64,000 nt of DNA from Nitrosopumilus sp. (GCA_965204345.1 OZ241981.1:864001-928000); one strand, 5' to 3'; shown: positions 29,685 through 40,274, counted from the stretch's first letter. Numbers and translations: made by a program. Notes: generated by a model not told the origin, from the sequence alone.

Positions 29685-30185
29685 ATGGCATCAAAGAAAG
29701 GAATAGCTGTAACTGCAATAATTTTGGCCGTAATTACAGGTGCCAGTTTTTCGCTATGGTTTATTCCACAAGATTATCAAACAACTTTTGTTGTATCAGA
29801 TTATGAGGGTTATTTAGACGGTGTAAAAAACATCCAAGAAGTACTAGAAGAATCAATTGATATAGAATACCAAAATATGCTCAAAGGAGAAATAACCCCA
29901 CAAGAATACATCACAACAACTGAAGTGACATCATCGCAGATTACAGCGCAGATAAGTGAATTTGTAACATCAAAACCAACAGAAGAGTGGCAAGATAGCT
30001 ATATCAACTACATGGATGCAATGATGAAATTTAATTCATATGTTATAGAAACCAAGGTATTAGCAAATTTGATTGAAAATCAAAGCTCAGATGAGGAAAT
30101 TACGCAGATGATAGAAAAAATAGACATGCTAAAGGCAGAATTTAAGGAATTGGTTAAAACATCTGATAAAACAAGGCCAAATTAG
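29685..30185 (+). CDS. Membrane-anchored hypothetical protein
   Basis: N-terminal TM helix, acidic helical body. Confidence 0.85.
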   Translation: MASKKGIAVTAIILAVITGASFSLWFIPQDYQTTFVVSDYEGYLDGVKNIQEVLEESIDIEYQNMLKGEITPQEYITTTEVTSSQITAQISEFVTSKPTEEWQDSYINYMDAMMKFNSYVIETKVLANLIENQSSDEEITQMIEKIDMLKAEFKELVKTSDKTRPN

Positions 30186-30255
30186 CCTCAAGACCGAATT
30201 TTACTAGTAAGAATGGTTGGAAATCGTTAAAAAGTGATTTTACAATAAAAATACA

Positions 30256-31401
30256 TTGTCTCAAAGAACAGGTAAGATAGAAAAAGATGTCAATGCGTCT
30301 GCTGCCAACAAGCTACTTGTAATTTGTATTGATAGAGATAATGATGTAGGTGAAAAGGCAGGAATTCTCACACCCGTCATAGGCAGAGATGCATGTATAG
30401 AAACTGCTCAAAGGTTAGCATTAGAAGACCCAGAAGATGCGGATTCAAATTCCATATTTGCGGCAATTAAAACATATGAAGACTTGATCAGCAAGGGATA
30501 TCAGGCAGAGGTAATCACAGTGGCAGGAGTCAAGGACAGAGGAGTTCAGGCCGATGAAAAAATCCTTGTTGAAATAAGAAAAGTGCTGGAGAAGTTTTCA
30601 GCAGAAGGGGCAGTAATAGTTTCAGACGGAGAGGATGATGAAAGCGTGATTCCAGTAGTTCAAAATGTTTTGCCAGTCGTATCAGTGCAACGTGTGGTAA
30701 TGAAGGTTAGTAGAAGTGTCGAATATTCTTATGCGGTTTTTGGAAAATATTTAAAAATGCTTGCTTATGACTCAAAATACTCAAAATTCTTTTTAGGAGT
30801 TCCAGGAATTCTTTTGTTGATTGGCGGAATAGCAACCGTATTTGGATATACGGCAGAGATATTTGCAGTTCTTGTAAGCATTTTAGGAGGAGCATTCTTG
30901 GTTAGAGCGTTTGATATTGACAGGGCGTGGTCTAGTTGGTCAAAACCGACACCGATGGGATTTATCAGGATGTTTACAATGGTAACGGGAGTATTGCTGA
31001 TTCTTTCATCAGTGCCGGCCGGAGTTAGCGTAATAGATTCGGAATTGGTAGAGGCAGATACAGAGCTTATTGTTAAGATTACAGACAAAGTATTGGTGGG
31101 ACAGTTTGTATCTGGTGCACTGCCAATTTTATGGATTGGTATGGGTTCCATATTTGCCGGAACGCTCCTTAGTAACTGGATTGGCGGAATTCCAAGACAG
31201 ATCACCGATATCTTGAGAATTATTGTTTTGGCATCACTTTATCCGACAGTAGCACAGTTTACCAACATAATGATCAATGATGAGCCCTCGCTTACTTTGA
31301 TTCCCCCATTATTGGGCGGATTGGCAGTAACATTCATCTCAGCCACGATTCTCTTCAAAAAGTACCGAAGACACAAAGATCAGGAGATGATTTCAGACTA
31401 G
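30256..31401 (+). CDS. DUF373 family membrane protein
   Basis: LVICIDRDNDVG, DPEDADSN, VSDGEDDE plus C-terminal TM helices. Confidence 0.9.
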   Translation: MSQRTGKIEKDVNASAANKLLVICIDRDNDVGEKAGILTPVIGRDACIETAQRLALEDPEDADSNSIFAAIKTYEDLISKGYQAEVITVAGVKDRGVQADEKILVEIRKVLEKFSAEGAVIVSDGEDDESVIPVVQNVLPVVSVQRVVMKVSRSVEYSYAVFGKYLKMLAYDSKYSKFFLGVPGILLLIGGIATVFGYTAEIFAVLVSILGGAFLVRAFDIDRAWSSWSKPTPMGFIRMFTMVTGVLLILSSVPAGVSVIDSELVEADTELIVKITDKVLVGQFVSGALPILWIGMGSIFAGTLLSNWIGGIPRQITDILRIIVLASLYPTVAQFTNIMINDEPSLTLIPPLLGGLAVTFISATILFKKYRRHKDQEMISD

Positions 31402-31488
31402 ACTTGGTTTGTCATCAACTAGCATGACAGTTTTTAAAAAAACATTGATATCTCCAGTCATGTATGAAACACCAAGAGAGGAATAGCA

Positions 31489-32280
31489 ATGGGTAAAATC
31501 AAGGATGTTGTTTTTCAGATATTTGGGCTTTACAGGATATATGGAAAAAGACTAGAAAACGAAATCCAAAATGGGGACATACCAAATCATGTTGCGTTAA
31601 TTTTGGATGGGAATAGAAGATGGGCTAAAATGCATTTGGCAATGCCAAAAAAAGGGCATTGGAAAGGGGCAGACGCGGTAGAAAATCTTCTGGATTGGTG
31701 TGAGGAGTTTGATATCAAAATTATTACATTGTATGCACTTTCAGCAGAGAATCTGGATAGAAAGGATGAGGAACTAAAAAACTTGTATGAGCTAATACGA
31801 ATGAGGCTGGAAAAACTACTCAAAGACCCACGAATACATCGAAGCGAGATGAGGGTAAAAGCTATTGGAAGGGTCGAGTTACTTCCACAATCCATCAAAG
31901 ACGTGCTAAAACAGCTAGATGATGTAACTAAAAAATACAACAAGCATTTTCTAAATCTAGCTTTGGCATACGGGGGACAGTACGAATTGGTTGATGCCGT
32001 AAAAAAGATAGGCGAGAAAATTAAGGATGGAACCCTGAATGTAAAAGATATTAACAAAAAAGAGATTGAGTCAAATCTGTACACGTCACATTTGCCTCAA
32101 TCATCCCCGGACATGGTACTAAGAACATCCGGAGAAAAGAGATTAAGCGGATTTCTCATGTGGCAAAGTGCATATAGTGAACTGGTGTTTATGGATATTT
32201 TTTGGCCCGAATTTAGAAAAATTGATTTGATGAGAGCAATCAGAACATACCAAGAGAGAAAAAGAAGGCTGGGAAAATGA
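31489..32280 (+). CDS. uppS: cis-polyprenyl (undecaprenyl-type) diphosphate synthase
   Basis: HVALILDGNRRWA, YALSAEN, RTSGEKRLSGF. Confidence 0.96.
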   Translation: MGKIKDVVFQIFGLYRIYGKRLENEIQNGDIPNHVALILDGNRRWAKMHLAMPKKGHWKGADAVENLLDWCEEFDIKIITLYALSAENLDRKDEELKNLYELIRMRLEKLLKDPRIHRSEMRVKAIGRVELLPQSIKDVLKQLDDVTKKYNKHFLNLALAYGGQYELVDAVKKIGEKIKDGTLNVKDINKKEIESNLYTSHLPQSSPDMVLRTSGEKRLSGFLMWQSAYSELVFMDIFWPEFRKIDLMRAIRTYQERKRRLGK

Positions 32281-32696
32281 TTGAAGAGACATCAGCTGGA
32301 ATCGTGTTATACAGAAAAGAAGGAGCAGAAAAATTATTTTTACTTTTGCACTACCCTTCTGGACATTGGGATTTTGTGAAAGGAAAGATGGAAAAGGGTG
32401 AAACAACTCAGCAGACAGCAATCAGGGAAACAAAAGAGGAAACAGGCATTACAGATATCACGTTTTTGGAGAACTTTGAGGAATGGATTGAATACGATTT
32501 TCAGTATCAGGGAGAACTAGTCCACAAGAAAGTCGTATTTTTTCTGGCTGAAACAAAGACTAAAGACATTAAAATCTCACACGAGCATCTAGACTACATG
32601 TGGGCAGATTACAATGTGTCAATGGAGAAGACCACGTTTGATAATGCAAAGAGAGTTTTAACAAAGGCAGAGATGCTACTTTCCAAAACTTTGTAG
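32277..32696 (+). CDS. Nudix hydrolase (Ap4A hydrolase-like)
   Basis: GHWDFVKGKMEKGE...AIRETKEETG Nudix box; SHEH. Confidence 0.92.
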   Translation: MIEETSAGIVLYRKEGAEKLFLLLHYPSGHWDFVKGKMEKGETTQQTAIRETKEETGITDITFLENFEEWIEYDFQYQGELVHKKVVFFLAETKTKDIKISHEHLDYMWADYNVSMEKTTFDNAKRVLTKAEMLLSKTL

Positions 32697-33416
32697 CTGC
32701 AGATCTTTTGCAGTTTCAGAGGGATTATCAGAGTTTAAAATCGTTCTGCCTACAATTAGATATCTGGTTCCTGCAGAAATTACCTCTTTGGCACTGCCAC
32801 CCTGGGTTCCGACTCCGGGGGAAAATATGCTTAGATTTTTGCCTGCTTTTTTAGAACACTGTTGAATGATTTTGGGAAAAGTGGCCCCCACTATAATTCC
32901 ATCTGCTTTTGCAGCAAGAGCCCAATTCAAAAACAGTTGGTACAACTGCTGCTTTTTTCCCATCTTAACTTCCATATCATAAGACAATTTGGCCTCTGGT
33001 GCACTCATGTGACATAGGGTGATTACGCCCTTGCCATCTCTGTGTGCAGACTTTACAAGATTTTTCAGACTGTCAAGGCCCATGATGGGATTGGCAATGA
33101 CAGCATCAAACCCCAAGTCCCACAGGTGCTCAGTCGTCACCCTGTTTGTATTTCCAATGTCATTAAGCTTGATGTCGGCAATAGTTTGTAATCCATATCT
33201 GTGAGCTGTCTTGTTGATTCTGAGGATTTCCTTTCTGCCCAATGGAAGAAGAAGGTGAAAATTCAGCTTGATTGCACATAAAAAGGGATGCAACTGTTTG
33301 ATATTTTCAATGGTTTTTGCCTCTAATTTTTTAGTGGACAGATCATAATCATTGGCAAGAATTACTTTGCCATTAGTTTTAGAAATCTGTGAAAGCCTAG
33401 TTTTGAAGGTGACCAT
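32676..33416 (-). CDS. pyrF: Orotidine 5'-phosphate decarboxylase
   Basis: ADIKLNDIGNT, SPGVGTQGG, IVGR. Confidence 0.95.
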   Translation of the reverse strand: MVTFKTRLSQISKTNGKVILANDYDLSTKKLEAKTIENIKQLHPFLCAIKLNFHLLLPLGRKEILRINKTAHRYGLQTIADIKLNDIGNTNRVTTEHLWDLGFDAVIANPIMGLDSLKNLVKSAHRDGKGVITLCHMSAPEAKLSYDMEVKMGKKQQLYQLFLNWALAAKADGIIVGATFPKIIQQCSKKAGKNLSIFSPGVGTQGGSAKEVISAGTRYLIVGRTILNSDNPSETAKDLQLQSFGK

Positions 33417-34077
33417 AGTCTACCAAGGGATGTGTGTCTTTTAATTTTATTATTTTGATATAAGAATAACCGTGTTCGGAGGGATTTTCTACAAAAACAG
33501 GTTCAGAGCCATTAGATGTAGAGAACTTTAAGAAGGGTTTCAAGGGATCAGAGTCCAATACAACATGGCAGAAATAAGATGTTCCCTTATCATCAAATTT
33601 CGTAAAGACACCGATTAGCCATTTATCATTATGCGGAAACAGGAATAACGGAAATGGCGGCTCCTCAGAACCCCAAGTGAGTTTTGCAAAACTTGAGATA
33701 TCTTCGAATTGGATTGGCTGATACCTATCAAGGGTGCCATTGCCAGGCTGTAATGTCTTAGGCAGGGATTTTATTTTAATTATTGGAGAATAGAGCTTGC
33801 TGGAATCAGAGGTGGTATTAACAATTTTAGATTCTTCTTGGCCATTTTTTAATCCATAGCACAGATAATGGCCGTTATTTTCAAAATGTGTGTAATATAC
33901 AACGGGTTTTTCTTTTAAAATGTCCATTTGTACGGACAAGATTTTTTTTCCGTCATAGTCATGCAGAAAGGAAACACGTGGAGGATATTCTAGTGCACAT
34001 GTGAGCCGGGTAAATTCCAAAATGGAATGAACCTGAATGTAACGTGGTAACCTATCAATAGTTTGTAACTTGTCCAC
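33397..34077 (-). CDS. Hypothetical protein
   Basis: 226-aa ORF overlapping the pyrF start (operon-like). Confidence 0.85.
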   Translation of the reverse strand: MDKLQTIDRLPRYIQVHSILEFTRLTCALEYPPRVSFLHDYDGKKILSVQMDILKEKPVVYYTHFENNGHYLCYGLKNGQEESKIVNTTSDSSKLYSPIIKIKSLPKTLQPGNGTLDRYQPIQFEDISSFAKLTWGSEEPPFPLFLFPHNDKWLIGVFTKFDDKGTSYFCHVVLDSDPLKPFLKFSTSNGSEPVFVENPSEHGYSYIKIIKLKDTHPLVDYGHLQN

Positions 34078-34126
34078 ACGGACTAGCAGTTGGTAATCAA
34101 ATTAAACTTATCCAAAATATATGAGC

Positions 34127-35128
34127 CTAGCTTCTTCTGTCAATTACATCATTGACTGCTGGACCTGTTCCAATTATTGTGACAGGCGTGCTTAGCTTGT
34201 CTTCAATATTTGCAACAAATGCCTTTGCATCATCAGATAGTTCATCAAAGGAAGTTTTTCCTGCACAGTCTGAGAAGAGCACGTCTAATTTTGTAATGGA
34301 AATTTGTGTCGCGCCGTTTAGCATGACTGCACGCCTAGCCAAATCAAAGTCAAAGTCTGCAGCTCTTCTTTGACGACCGGTGACTGTGCCAAACTCAGAC
34401 CAGCCTCTTTTTTCTGCATCTTCTACGGAGAGCTCTTTATCAAGAGGACCTGTCCCTACACGCGTAACATAAGACTTGAAGACGATTATTACCTCATCGA
34501 CTTTTGTGGGTCCAAGTCCAACATCTGCACATATTCCAGAGGCAGTAACGTCCTTTGAGGTTACAAACGGATAGGTGCCATGCCAAAGTGAAAGAAAGGT
34601 ACCCTGGGTTCCCTCAACTAGAATATCTTCATTTGCATCAAGTGCAGAATTAATCTCCAAGGGAACATCTACAATAAGAGGCGATAGGGAATCAAAATCT
34701 TTGGCCAATTTTAAAACTCTCATGGCACGATCAGCATTTGCAGGTCCGGTTCCAGAGCCGGTACTTCCAATCTTTTCTTTGAGCTGGCCTTTAGAATCTC
34801 GAGCCAGATGGGCCTCCTCAATTACTCCGCAATGTTTGTCAATAAATGAGCGTCCAGATACGCCAAAATTACTAATCTCTTGGTTTAGAATATCAGGATT
34901 GATAACGACTCCTGGTCCAATCATTACCTTGGCACTTTTGTTTAAAAATCCGCTTGGGAGCATTCTCACCTTGTACAGCTTATCCCCATCACGTATGGTG
35001 TGGCCTGCATTTGGACCGGCACCGCCACGTACAATTATTTTTGGATTGTCTTTGATTGCCAAATAAGAGATGATCTTTCCCTTGCCCTCATCCCCAAAAA
35101 ATCCGCCAACAACCACAGTTGATGTCAT
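34127..35128 (-). CDS. purA: Adenylosuccinate synthetase (short archaeal form)
   Basis: GGFFGDEGKGK, GPNAGHT, EGTQG, YPFVTS, EFGTVTGRQRR. Confidence 0.97.
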   Translation of the reverse strand: MTSTVVVGGFFGDEGKGKIISYLAIKDNPKIIVRGGAGPNAGHTIRDGDKLYKVRMLPSGFLNKSAKVMIGPGVVINPDILNQEISNFGVSGRSFIDKHCGVIEEAHLARDSKGQLKEKIGSTGSGTGPANADRAMRVLKLAKDFDSLSPLIVDVPLEINSALDANEDILVEGTQGTFLSLWHGTYPFVTSKDVTASGICADVGLGPTKVDEVIIVFKSYVTRVGTGPLDKELSVEDAEKRGWSEFGTVTGRQRRAADFDFDLARRAVMLNGATQISITKLDVLFSDCAGKTSFDELSDDAKAFVANIEDKLSTPVTIIGTGPAVNDVIDRRS

Positions 35129-35206
35129 GTCGTTCAAAATCTGTTTCGTTTATTTAAGCTAGTGTTTTTACATGATTTTATATTCGACACTAATTTACCT
35201 AGATCT

Positions 35207-35668
35207 GTGGTAAGCGAGAATTTTGCTGGAAACATTATAATTAATTTGGCTAACCTGCCAGATTTTCTGAGAAATCCAATTTTAAAAAAAAGAATGATAG
35301 AGTTTTTTTCATTGGAGGGATCAGAGAGGATAGAGGTCATAAATAATGCACTAGAGGCAGGCCCTACCATTCCTTTTCTAAATTTTTCAAAACTTTTCAA
35401 AACATGGCTAAAAATTTTAGCAACGCTATCAGAAGAACAGAGAGAGGGATTGTTTTCAGCATATATTGCACAGATTACGCAATCTCCTGAAAAATTGATT
35501 TCATTTAACATCGATGGGATTCTAGAGATATTCTTGACATTGGATGAGGATGAAAAGGTAATCCTTTCCAATACAATTAAGAGAATCATCAATGATCTAG
35601 ATGAGAATTCAAAGAGGCGAATGCTGCTAATTATACCAGAAAATGCTAAAAAGCACCTAAATTTTTAG
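35207..35668 (+). CDS. Helical hypothetical protein
   Basis: Intact ORF divergent from purA; start uncertain (35162 or 35207). Confidence 0.75.
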   Translation: MVSENFAGNIIINLANLPDFLRNPILKKRMIEFFSLEGSERIEVINNALEAGPTIPFLNFSKLFKTWLKILATLSEEQREGLFSAYIAQITQSPEKLISFNIDGILEIFLTLDEDEKVILSNTIKRIINDLDENSKRRMLLIIPENAKKHLNF

Positions 35669-35958
35669 GTGCCTGCTGCTGTAGTAGTAGGCTCGTCAGG
35701 TTTTCTATTATCCTCATTAGTATAGTCAATTACTTCGCCTTCCGGGGACAAGACTCCAACGAAGATTTTCTCATGTTTTTTCAATAACTTTCTATGATCT
35801 AGCATGGACATGTCAAGCTTCATCTCATTCATAACCATGATTTGGTATTCTTTCCACTCTGCCCAGCATTTGTTGCAAGTCGGGTATTTTGCAGCAACGA
35901 TTCCGAGATCCTCATTCTCAGGAATGGAATTTTTACATTTTGTGCATGTGCGGCTCAT
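35665..35958 (-). CDS. YggX-like Fe(II)-trafficking protein
   Basis: CTKC...CNKCWAEWKEYQIMVMNEMKLD motif. Confidence 0.85.
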   Translation of the reverse strand: MSRTCTKCKNSIPENEDLGIVAAKYPTCNKCWAEWKEYQIMVMNEMKLDMSMLDHRKLLKKHEKIFVGVLSPEGEVIDYTNEDNRKPDEPTTTAAGT

Positions 35959-36115
35959 GAAAGTTGATAATAAGAAACTCCTTTTATCTTTTTTTGAATG
36001 TAGATGATGATACAGAAATTACCTGCTTATTTGTGTGCAAATACGTTTTTTGCATAAAAAAGTAAATCAATGCTATACGGTGTTTTCTCATGCTAGCTTA
36101 AGATGATTTCTTAAT

Positions 36116-36466
36116 TTATTGCATACTTTGATCTTTTACAATATGATCAATAAGTGTAGCGATATATGAGTCCTGTATTGAATTACCAGTTTTGCCATCT
36201 TTTCTTGTGTATGATCTATCGAAATTTACAAATCTGGTTTCACGAGACACGCTATCTTTAACATTATTCCATATTCCTTCAAATTCGTTATACGGTATTG
36301 GACCGCGTTGAGTTCCACTAGACTCTGGAGTTATGATAACTACTTTTTCTTCATTTTCCTTGGTTTCAAAACGTGCTTTGAATTTTTTACCTTGTTTTAA
36401 CGTCGCAAACTCTTGTTCATGACTTAATTCATCTTGTAGCAAAGTCCAGAATTCATTGAAAATCAT
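36116..36466 (-). CDS. Hypothetical protein, paralogue of 56321..56626
   Basis: Shared MxFxxFW...EFxTxKQxKxFxA...P.S....R.....EF..(I/V)W...SYI.(A/T)L pattern. Confidence 0.75.
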   Translation of the reverse strand: MIFNEFWTLLQDELSHEQEFATLKQGKKFKARFETKENEEKVVIITPESSGTQRGPIPYNEFEGIWNNVKDSVSRETRFVNFDRSYTRKDGKTGNSIQDSYIATLIDHIVKDQSMQ

Positions 36467-36503
36467 TTACATTATCTCCTGTTTTAGTTTCTTTTTAACT
36501 ATA

Positions 36504-36929
36504 TCAAGATAATAAGATTTCCATTTTTTCACTTGATGAATCATAATCAAATTCTAATTCAGAATGATAAACCCCATATGCTTTTGTTACTGCAACCTGT
36601 TCACTGTTAATCAGTACAAGAGGATCAAAAATGGTATCTGATTCCACATATGCAGTAGCAAGATTATTTGGAAATAATATTGTTAATTTGTCATCATCAC
36701 TGTTGCCAGACATATCAAATAAAATTATGTCATTTTCTTCTTCATAATTAATATTTTTTAAAACAGTCTAACCATCAGTTAAAAAATAATCGACATTATA
36801 AAGAATGCCTGATTTTTCAATTTGAAAATATTTATTGTTATTTTGAGGCTGAACTTCCGTAATTATGGCAAAACCAAACAACACTACTGAAATCCCAATA
36901 ATCATAGAGATCAGAACAATTTTCAGCAT
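36504..36929 (-). pseudogene. N-terminally anchored protein interrupted by one in-frame TAG
   Basis: MLKIVLISMIIGISVVLFGFAII...YFLTDG*TVLKNINYEEEND...MEILLS*; TAG at 36768-36770. Confidence 0.75.
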
Positions 36930-37682
36930 GCTATTTTTCAGATTTAAAATAAAAAAAAGATTATGAGAGGAAAAGTTCCCAGTTCATTATTGGTCTTATT
37001 CCATAGACGGTATAGAATAGGCATGCCAGTATTCGTGTTAGTTGCGTGATATGCCATCTCATACAAATCTACATTCATCATTACCACGTATTTTTCAAAA
37101 TAATCTGACTAGTCTCAGATTCGACAAAAGACAGTGAGGGTATGAAAACAACTGACAAAATCATTGGAAGTAACAAAAACAACACTTCAGTAAAAAAATT
37201 TGAGGCATATTTCATAATGCTCGTATGGCGAGATATTTTTATCAGTATTCGTCATTATAATAGTTGATAACCAGATAAATGCATAAATAATTTGTGTGCT
37301 AATATAATATCATGTAGGCTAGAAAGGGAAATAACCAATACCCTCAGATTTGATTTGGAACAAGCATTGTTGTGTTGTTTTGTCATGTTTTTTGATGCCT
37401 ACAAAAAATATCCATTTGATTAGAAACCAAAATCACTAGTTGCAAAACAACCCATGATGCATTAAAGAAGCAAACTCCAAGTAAGAGAGATATGATAAAA
37501 GTAGAAGGTAAAAATGGATAGTAAACTATATTGAAAATACCTCACTATAAGGAAAGCTAGATTTGATTAGGTCTAGACAAGTTAGCAAAACCTAGATTTG
37601 GAAGTATATAGAGAAATACTAAACCACACACATAATTTGCCGCTTGATGAATGTAAAACAATAATAATTATCAAGGACTCAT

Positions 37683-37898
37683 GTGAACATGAAGATAAAG
37701 TGCCCAAAATGTAAGGAAGATGCAGAGCTGTCTATGGATTATTCGTGTGTAAAATGTGGCTCGTGTGATTTGGATATGAGTTATGGGGAATATGTCAAAT
37801 TTGTAGCTCACAACGAAGTAAGATATTCAGACATCCTGGGGGATTATGCAAGCAGCACGGAAGGCCATACATCAGGTTCGTTGGATGAATGGGATTAA
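37683..37898 (+). CDS. Small Zn-ribbon protein
   Basis: CPKC...CGSC motifs, acidic tail. Confidence 0.8.
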   Translation: MNMKIKCPKCKEDAELSMDYSCVKCGSCDLDMSYGEYVKFVAHNEVRYSDILGDYASSTEGHTSGSLDEWD

Positions 37899-37958
37899 CA
37901 AGATAGTGTAATCGTTCATCAGGTTAAAATAATTAGCTAAACATGCTTCAAAGTATCA

Positions 37959-38600
37959 TTGGAATTTTTATTAGAAAATATTCTTAATCTAGTAGGATTT
38001 TTGGTAGGACTTGCAATAGGAATAATGTCCTACATTGGATTTAGAAACACTGGAAGTCCTACGCTGTTTAGATTAACAATTGCATTCTTTTCAATTAGCT
38101 TGGGATTTTTTGTGATATGGACAGGTTACATGATAGAGGATCTTGTAACAAAATCAGGAAACATTGAGAGATGGATTCAGACTTTGGGTATTGCCATTCA
38201 AACAGTGGGATATTTTTTTATTGCATTTTCACACAGCATAAAATCATTTTTTCCAAAATCAAGCTATTTTAGATCAGTTGGAATACTTCCATTGTTCCTA
38301 GTATCATCTGTTCAGCTGGAACATATTTTCAGATCTATTTCATTTATTTTGCTAGTATATGGTGCAGTTGAAACAATGCTGTCATATTTTGAAAATAAGA
38401 ACAGGGGAGCAATGTCAGTTTCTGTTGGCTTGGGACTGTTGGCATTAGGGGAATTTTTGGGATGGTATTCATTTGTTTTCCCCGAATCAATTCTATATAC
38501 TGCATCAATGGTAATTAAGATTGGAGGACTGATAGCATTGTTTGTCCCGGTTAGCAAAGTGCCATTAACTAAGATAAAATTTGACGAAGATTTGGAATAG
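37959..38600 (+). CDS. Polytopic (about 6-7 TM) membrane protein
   Basis: Successive hydrophobic helices. Confidence 0.85.
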   Translation: MEFLLENILNLVGFLVGLAIGIMSYIGFRNTGSPTLFRLTIAFFSISLGFFVIWTGYMIEDLVTKSGNIERWIQTLGIAIQTVGYFFIAFSHSIKSFFPKSSYFRSVGILPLFLVSSVQLEHIFRSISFILLVYGAVETMLSYFENKNRGAMSVSVGLGLLALGEFLGWYSFVFPESILYTASMVIKIGGLIALFVPVSKVPLTKIKFDEDLE

Positions 38601-38718
38601 ATCTTCTTCAGGCTCAAAATACGTAGAAAATAAAAAGTTGTCAAATTCTTTTATCTTTTTAGTATATTGGGAAATATCAGCGTATTCTCATAGAAACTAG
38701 AACAACAATACACGGGCA

Positions 38719-39006
38719 ATGGCAGAATACAGAACACACATGAAAATTATTGGGGATATTTTAGCAACAACACGAGATGATTTGCAAGACGAGGACGGGG
38801 CATCAGTTACCTACCTAATCAGAAAGGCAAACATTTCGCATTCTAGAATTTCAGTCATATTAAAGACTCTGGTATCACAAGGACTATTAGAAAAAGTTGA
38901 GAATCACGGTTCAAATAAATATAAAATCAGCGGATCGGGAAGAGAGTTTTTACAAGCATATTACACATTTACAAATTTTGCAGATAATTTTGGACTGAGC
39001 ATCTAG
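38719..39006 (+). CDS. Winged-helix transcriptional regulator (ArnR1/HTH_45-like)
   Basis: YRTHMKIIGDIL...LIRKANISHSR...YKISGSGREFL; paralogue at 50773. Confidence 0.88.
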   Translation: MAEYRTHMKIIGDILATTRDDLQDEDGASVTYLIRKANISHSRISVILKTLVSQGLLEKVENHGSNKYKISGSGREFLQAYYTFTNFADNFGLSI

Positions 39007-39080
39007 TCACTTACCTCACCGAGTTCATCATCAAAATCATCTTCAAAGTCATTATTCTCATAATCATCTGTAACAGACAT
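39003..39080 (-). CDS. Putative 25-aa acidic microprotein (not in ORF track)
   Basis: MSVTDDYENNDFEDDFDDELGEVSD*; TATA-like TTTTTAAC about 25-30 bp upstream. Confidence 0.45.
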   Translation of the reverse strand: MSVTDDYENNDFEDDFDDELGEVSD

Positions 39081-39159
39081 ATTTTTTAAAATAAGGCATG
39101 AACTGTTAAAAACTTATTCAAAAGTAAATGATAATTAACGAAAAAATCAAAGGAAAGTA

Positions 39160-39756
39160 TTGAAAGTAAATTGCGACAATGAGGGAGTCCGAACAGCTTT
39201 TCGAATTGTTAGCCAAGGCGGAATTATAGTATATCCAACAGATACGGTATATGGAATAGGATGCAATCCGTACAATACAGATGCAGTAAACAAAATATAC
39301 AAAATAAAATTGAGGGATGCCTCAAAGCCGGTTCCGGTTTTAGCATACTCCTTGGAGACTGCAGAAAAGATTGTCCAGTTTGATGAGGTTTCTAGAAAAA
39401 TGGCTGAACATTTTTGGCCAGGCCCATTAACTATGATTCTAAAGGTAACAGATGAAAAAATCAAAAAATCATTAAGCCTGGAAAATAAAATTGCAATCAG
39501 GGTTCCCAACCATCAATGCACGTTAAAGTTATTGAAAAAGTGTGATTTTCTGGTAGGTACTAGTGCAAACATATCTGGAAACTCATCTTGCACAAATCCA
39601 GAAGACTGTATAAAAAATTTGCACGATTATGACGTTATTGTGGATGGAGGAACAATTCAAAGCCAAGGAGAATCCACAATCATTGAAGCAAAAAACAAGG
39701 AGATCAAAATTATCCGGGAAGGTTCTTTAACTAAAGAGGAAATTTTACAGATATGA
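39160..39756 (+). CDS. sua5: L-threonylcarbamoyladenylate synthase (Sua5/TsaC)
   Basis: YPTDTVYGIGC, FWPGPLT, AIRVP, GTSANISG, STII. Confidence 0.95.
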   Translation: MKVNCDNEGVRTAFRIVSQGGIIVYPTDTVYGIGCNPYNTDAVNKIYKIKLRDASKPVPVLAYSLETAEKIVQFDEVSRKMAEHFWPGPLTMILKVTDEKIKKSLSLENKIAIRVPNHQCTLKLLKKCDFLVGTSANISGNSSCTNPEDCIKNLHDYDVIVDGGTIQSQGESTIIEAKNKEIKIIREGSLTKEEILQI

Positions 39757-40274
39757 ATCTGATAATTACCTGTCCCAGGCATCTTGAGGCAGAAACCGAA
39801 GAGGAACTGATTGATATCTTTGAGGAACTAGGCGATCCGGACATCAAAATTGTGATTACAAGGATGTCCGGAATTTTGACAGCCCAGACAAGGCTAGAAC
39901 CCATTGAGGCTGTAAGAAAAATCAAAGAAATGCTTCTAGATGAGCCATGGAGCATAAGATATTGCAAAAGAATCATCCCCATACAGAAAGTAATAGAATC
40001 AAAAATGGACGAGATTGAAAAAAATGTGGCAGAGTTATCCAGTCAGATTTCCAGTGAGGAAACATACAGAATATCAGTTGAAAAAAGAGATTCGGACTTG
40101 TCAAGCAGGGAAATGATTACAAAAATAGCAAGTAAAATCAAAAATCAGGTATCATTAGAATTTCCAGATAAGATTATCTTGATTGAAATTTTGGGAAACA
40201 AAGCCGGAATTTCCATCATAGAAAAGTCAGACATACTAAGTACTGAAAAAGCCAAGCGAAGTCTCTCAGAATAA
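39753..40274 (+). CDS. THUMP-domain RNA-binding protein
   Basis: RIIPIQKV...TYRISVEKR...VSLEFPDKIILIEI. Confidence 0.9.
   Translation: MNLIITCPRHLEAETEEELIDIFEELGDPDIKIVITRMSGILTAQTRLEPIEAVRKIKEMLLDEPWSIRYCKRIIPIQKVIESKMDEIEKNVAELSSQISSEETYRISVEKRDSDLSSREMITKIASKIKNQVSLEFPDKIILIEILGNKAGISIIEKSDILSTEKAKRSLSE

Noticed and set aside
36768-36770. In-frame TAG as pyrrolysine readthrough
   Set aside because: No pyl genes in the window, not expected in this lineage, and the surroundings are decayed; a nonsense mutation is simpler.
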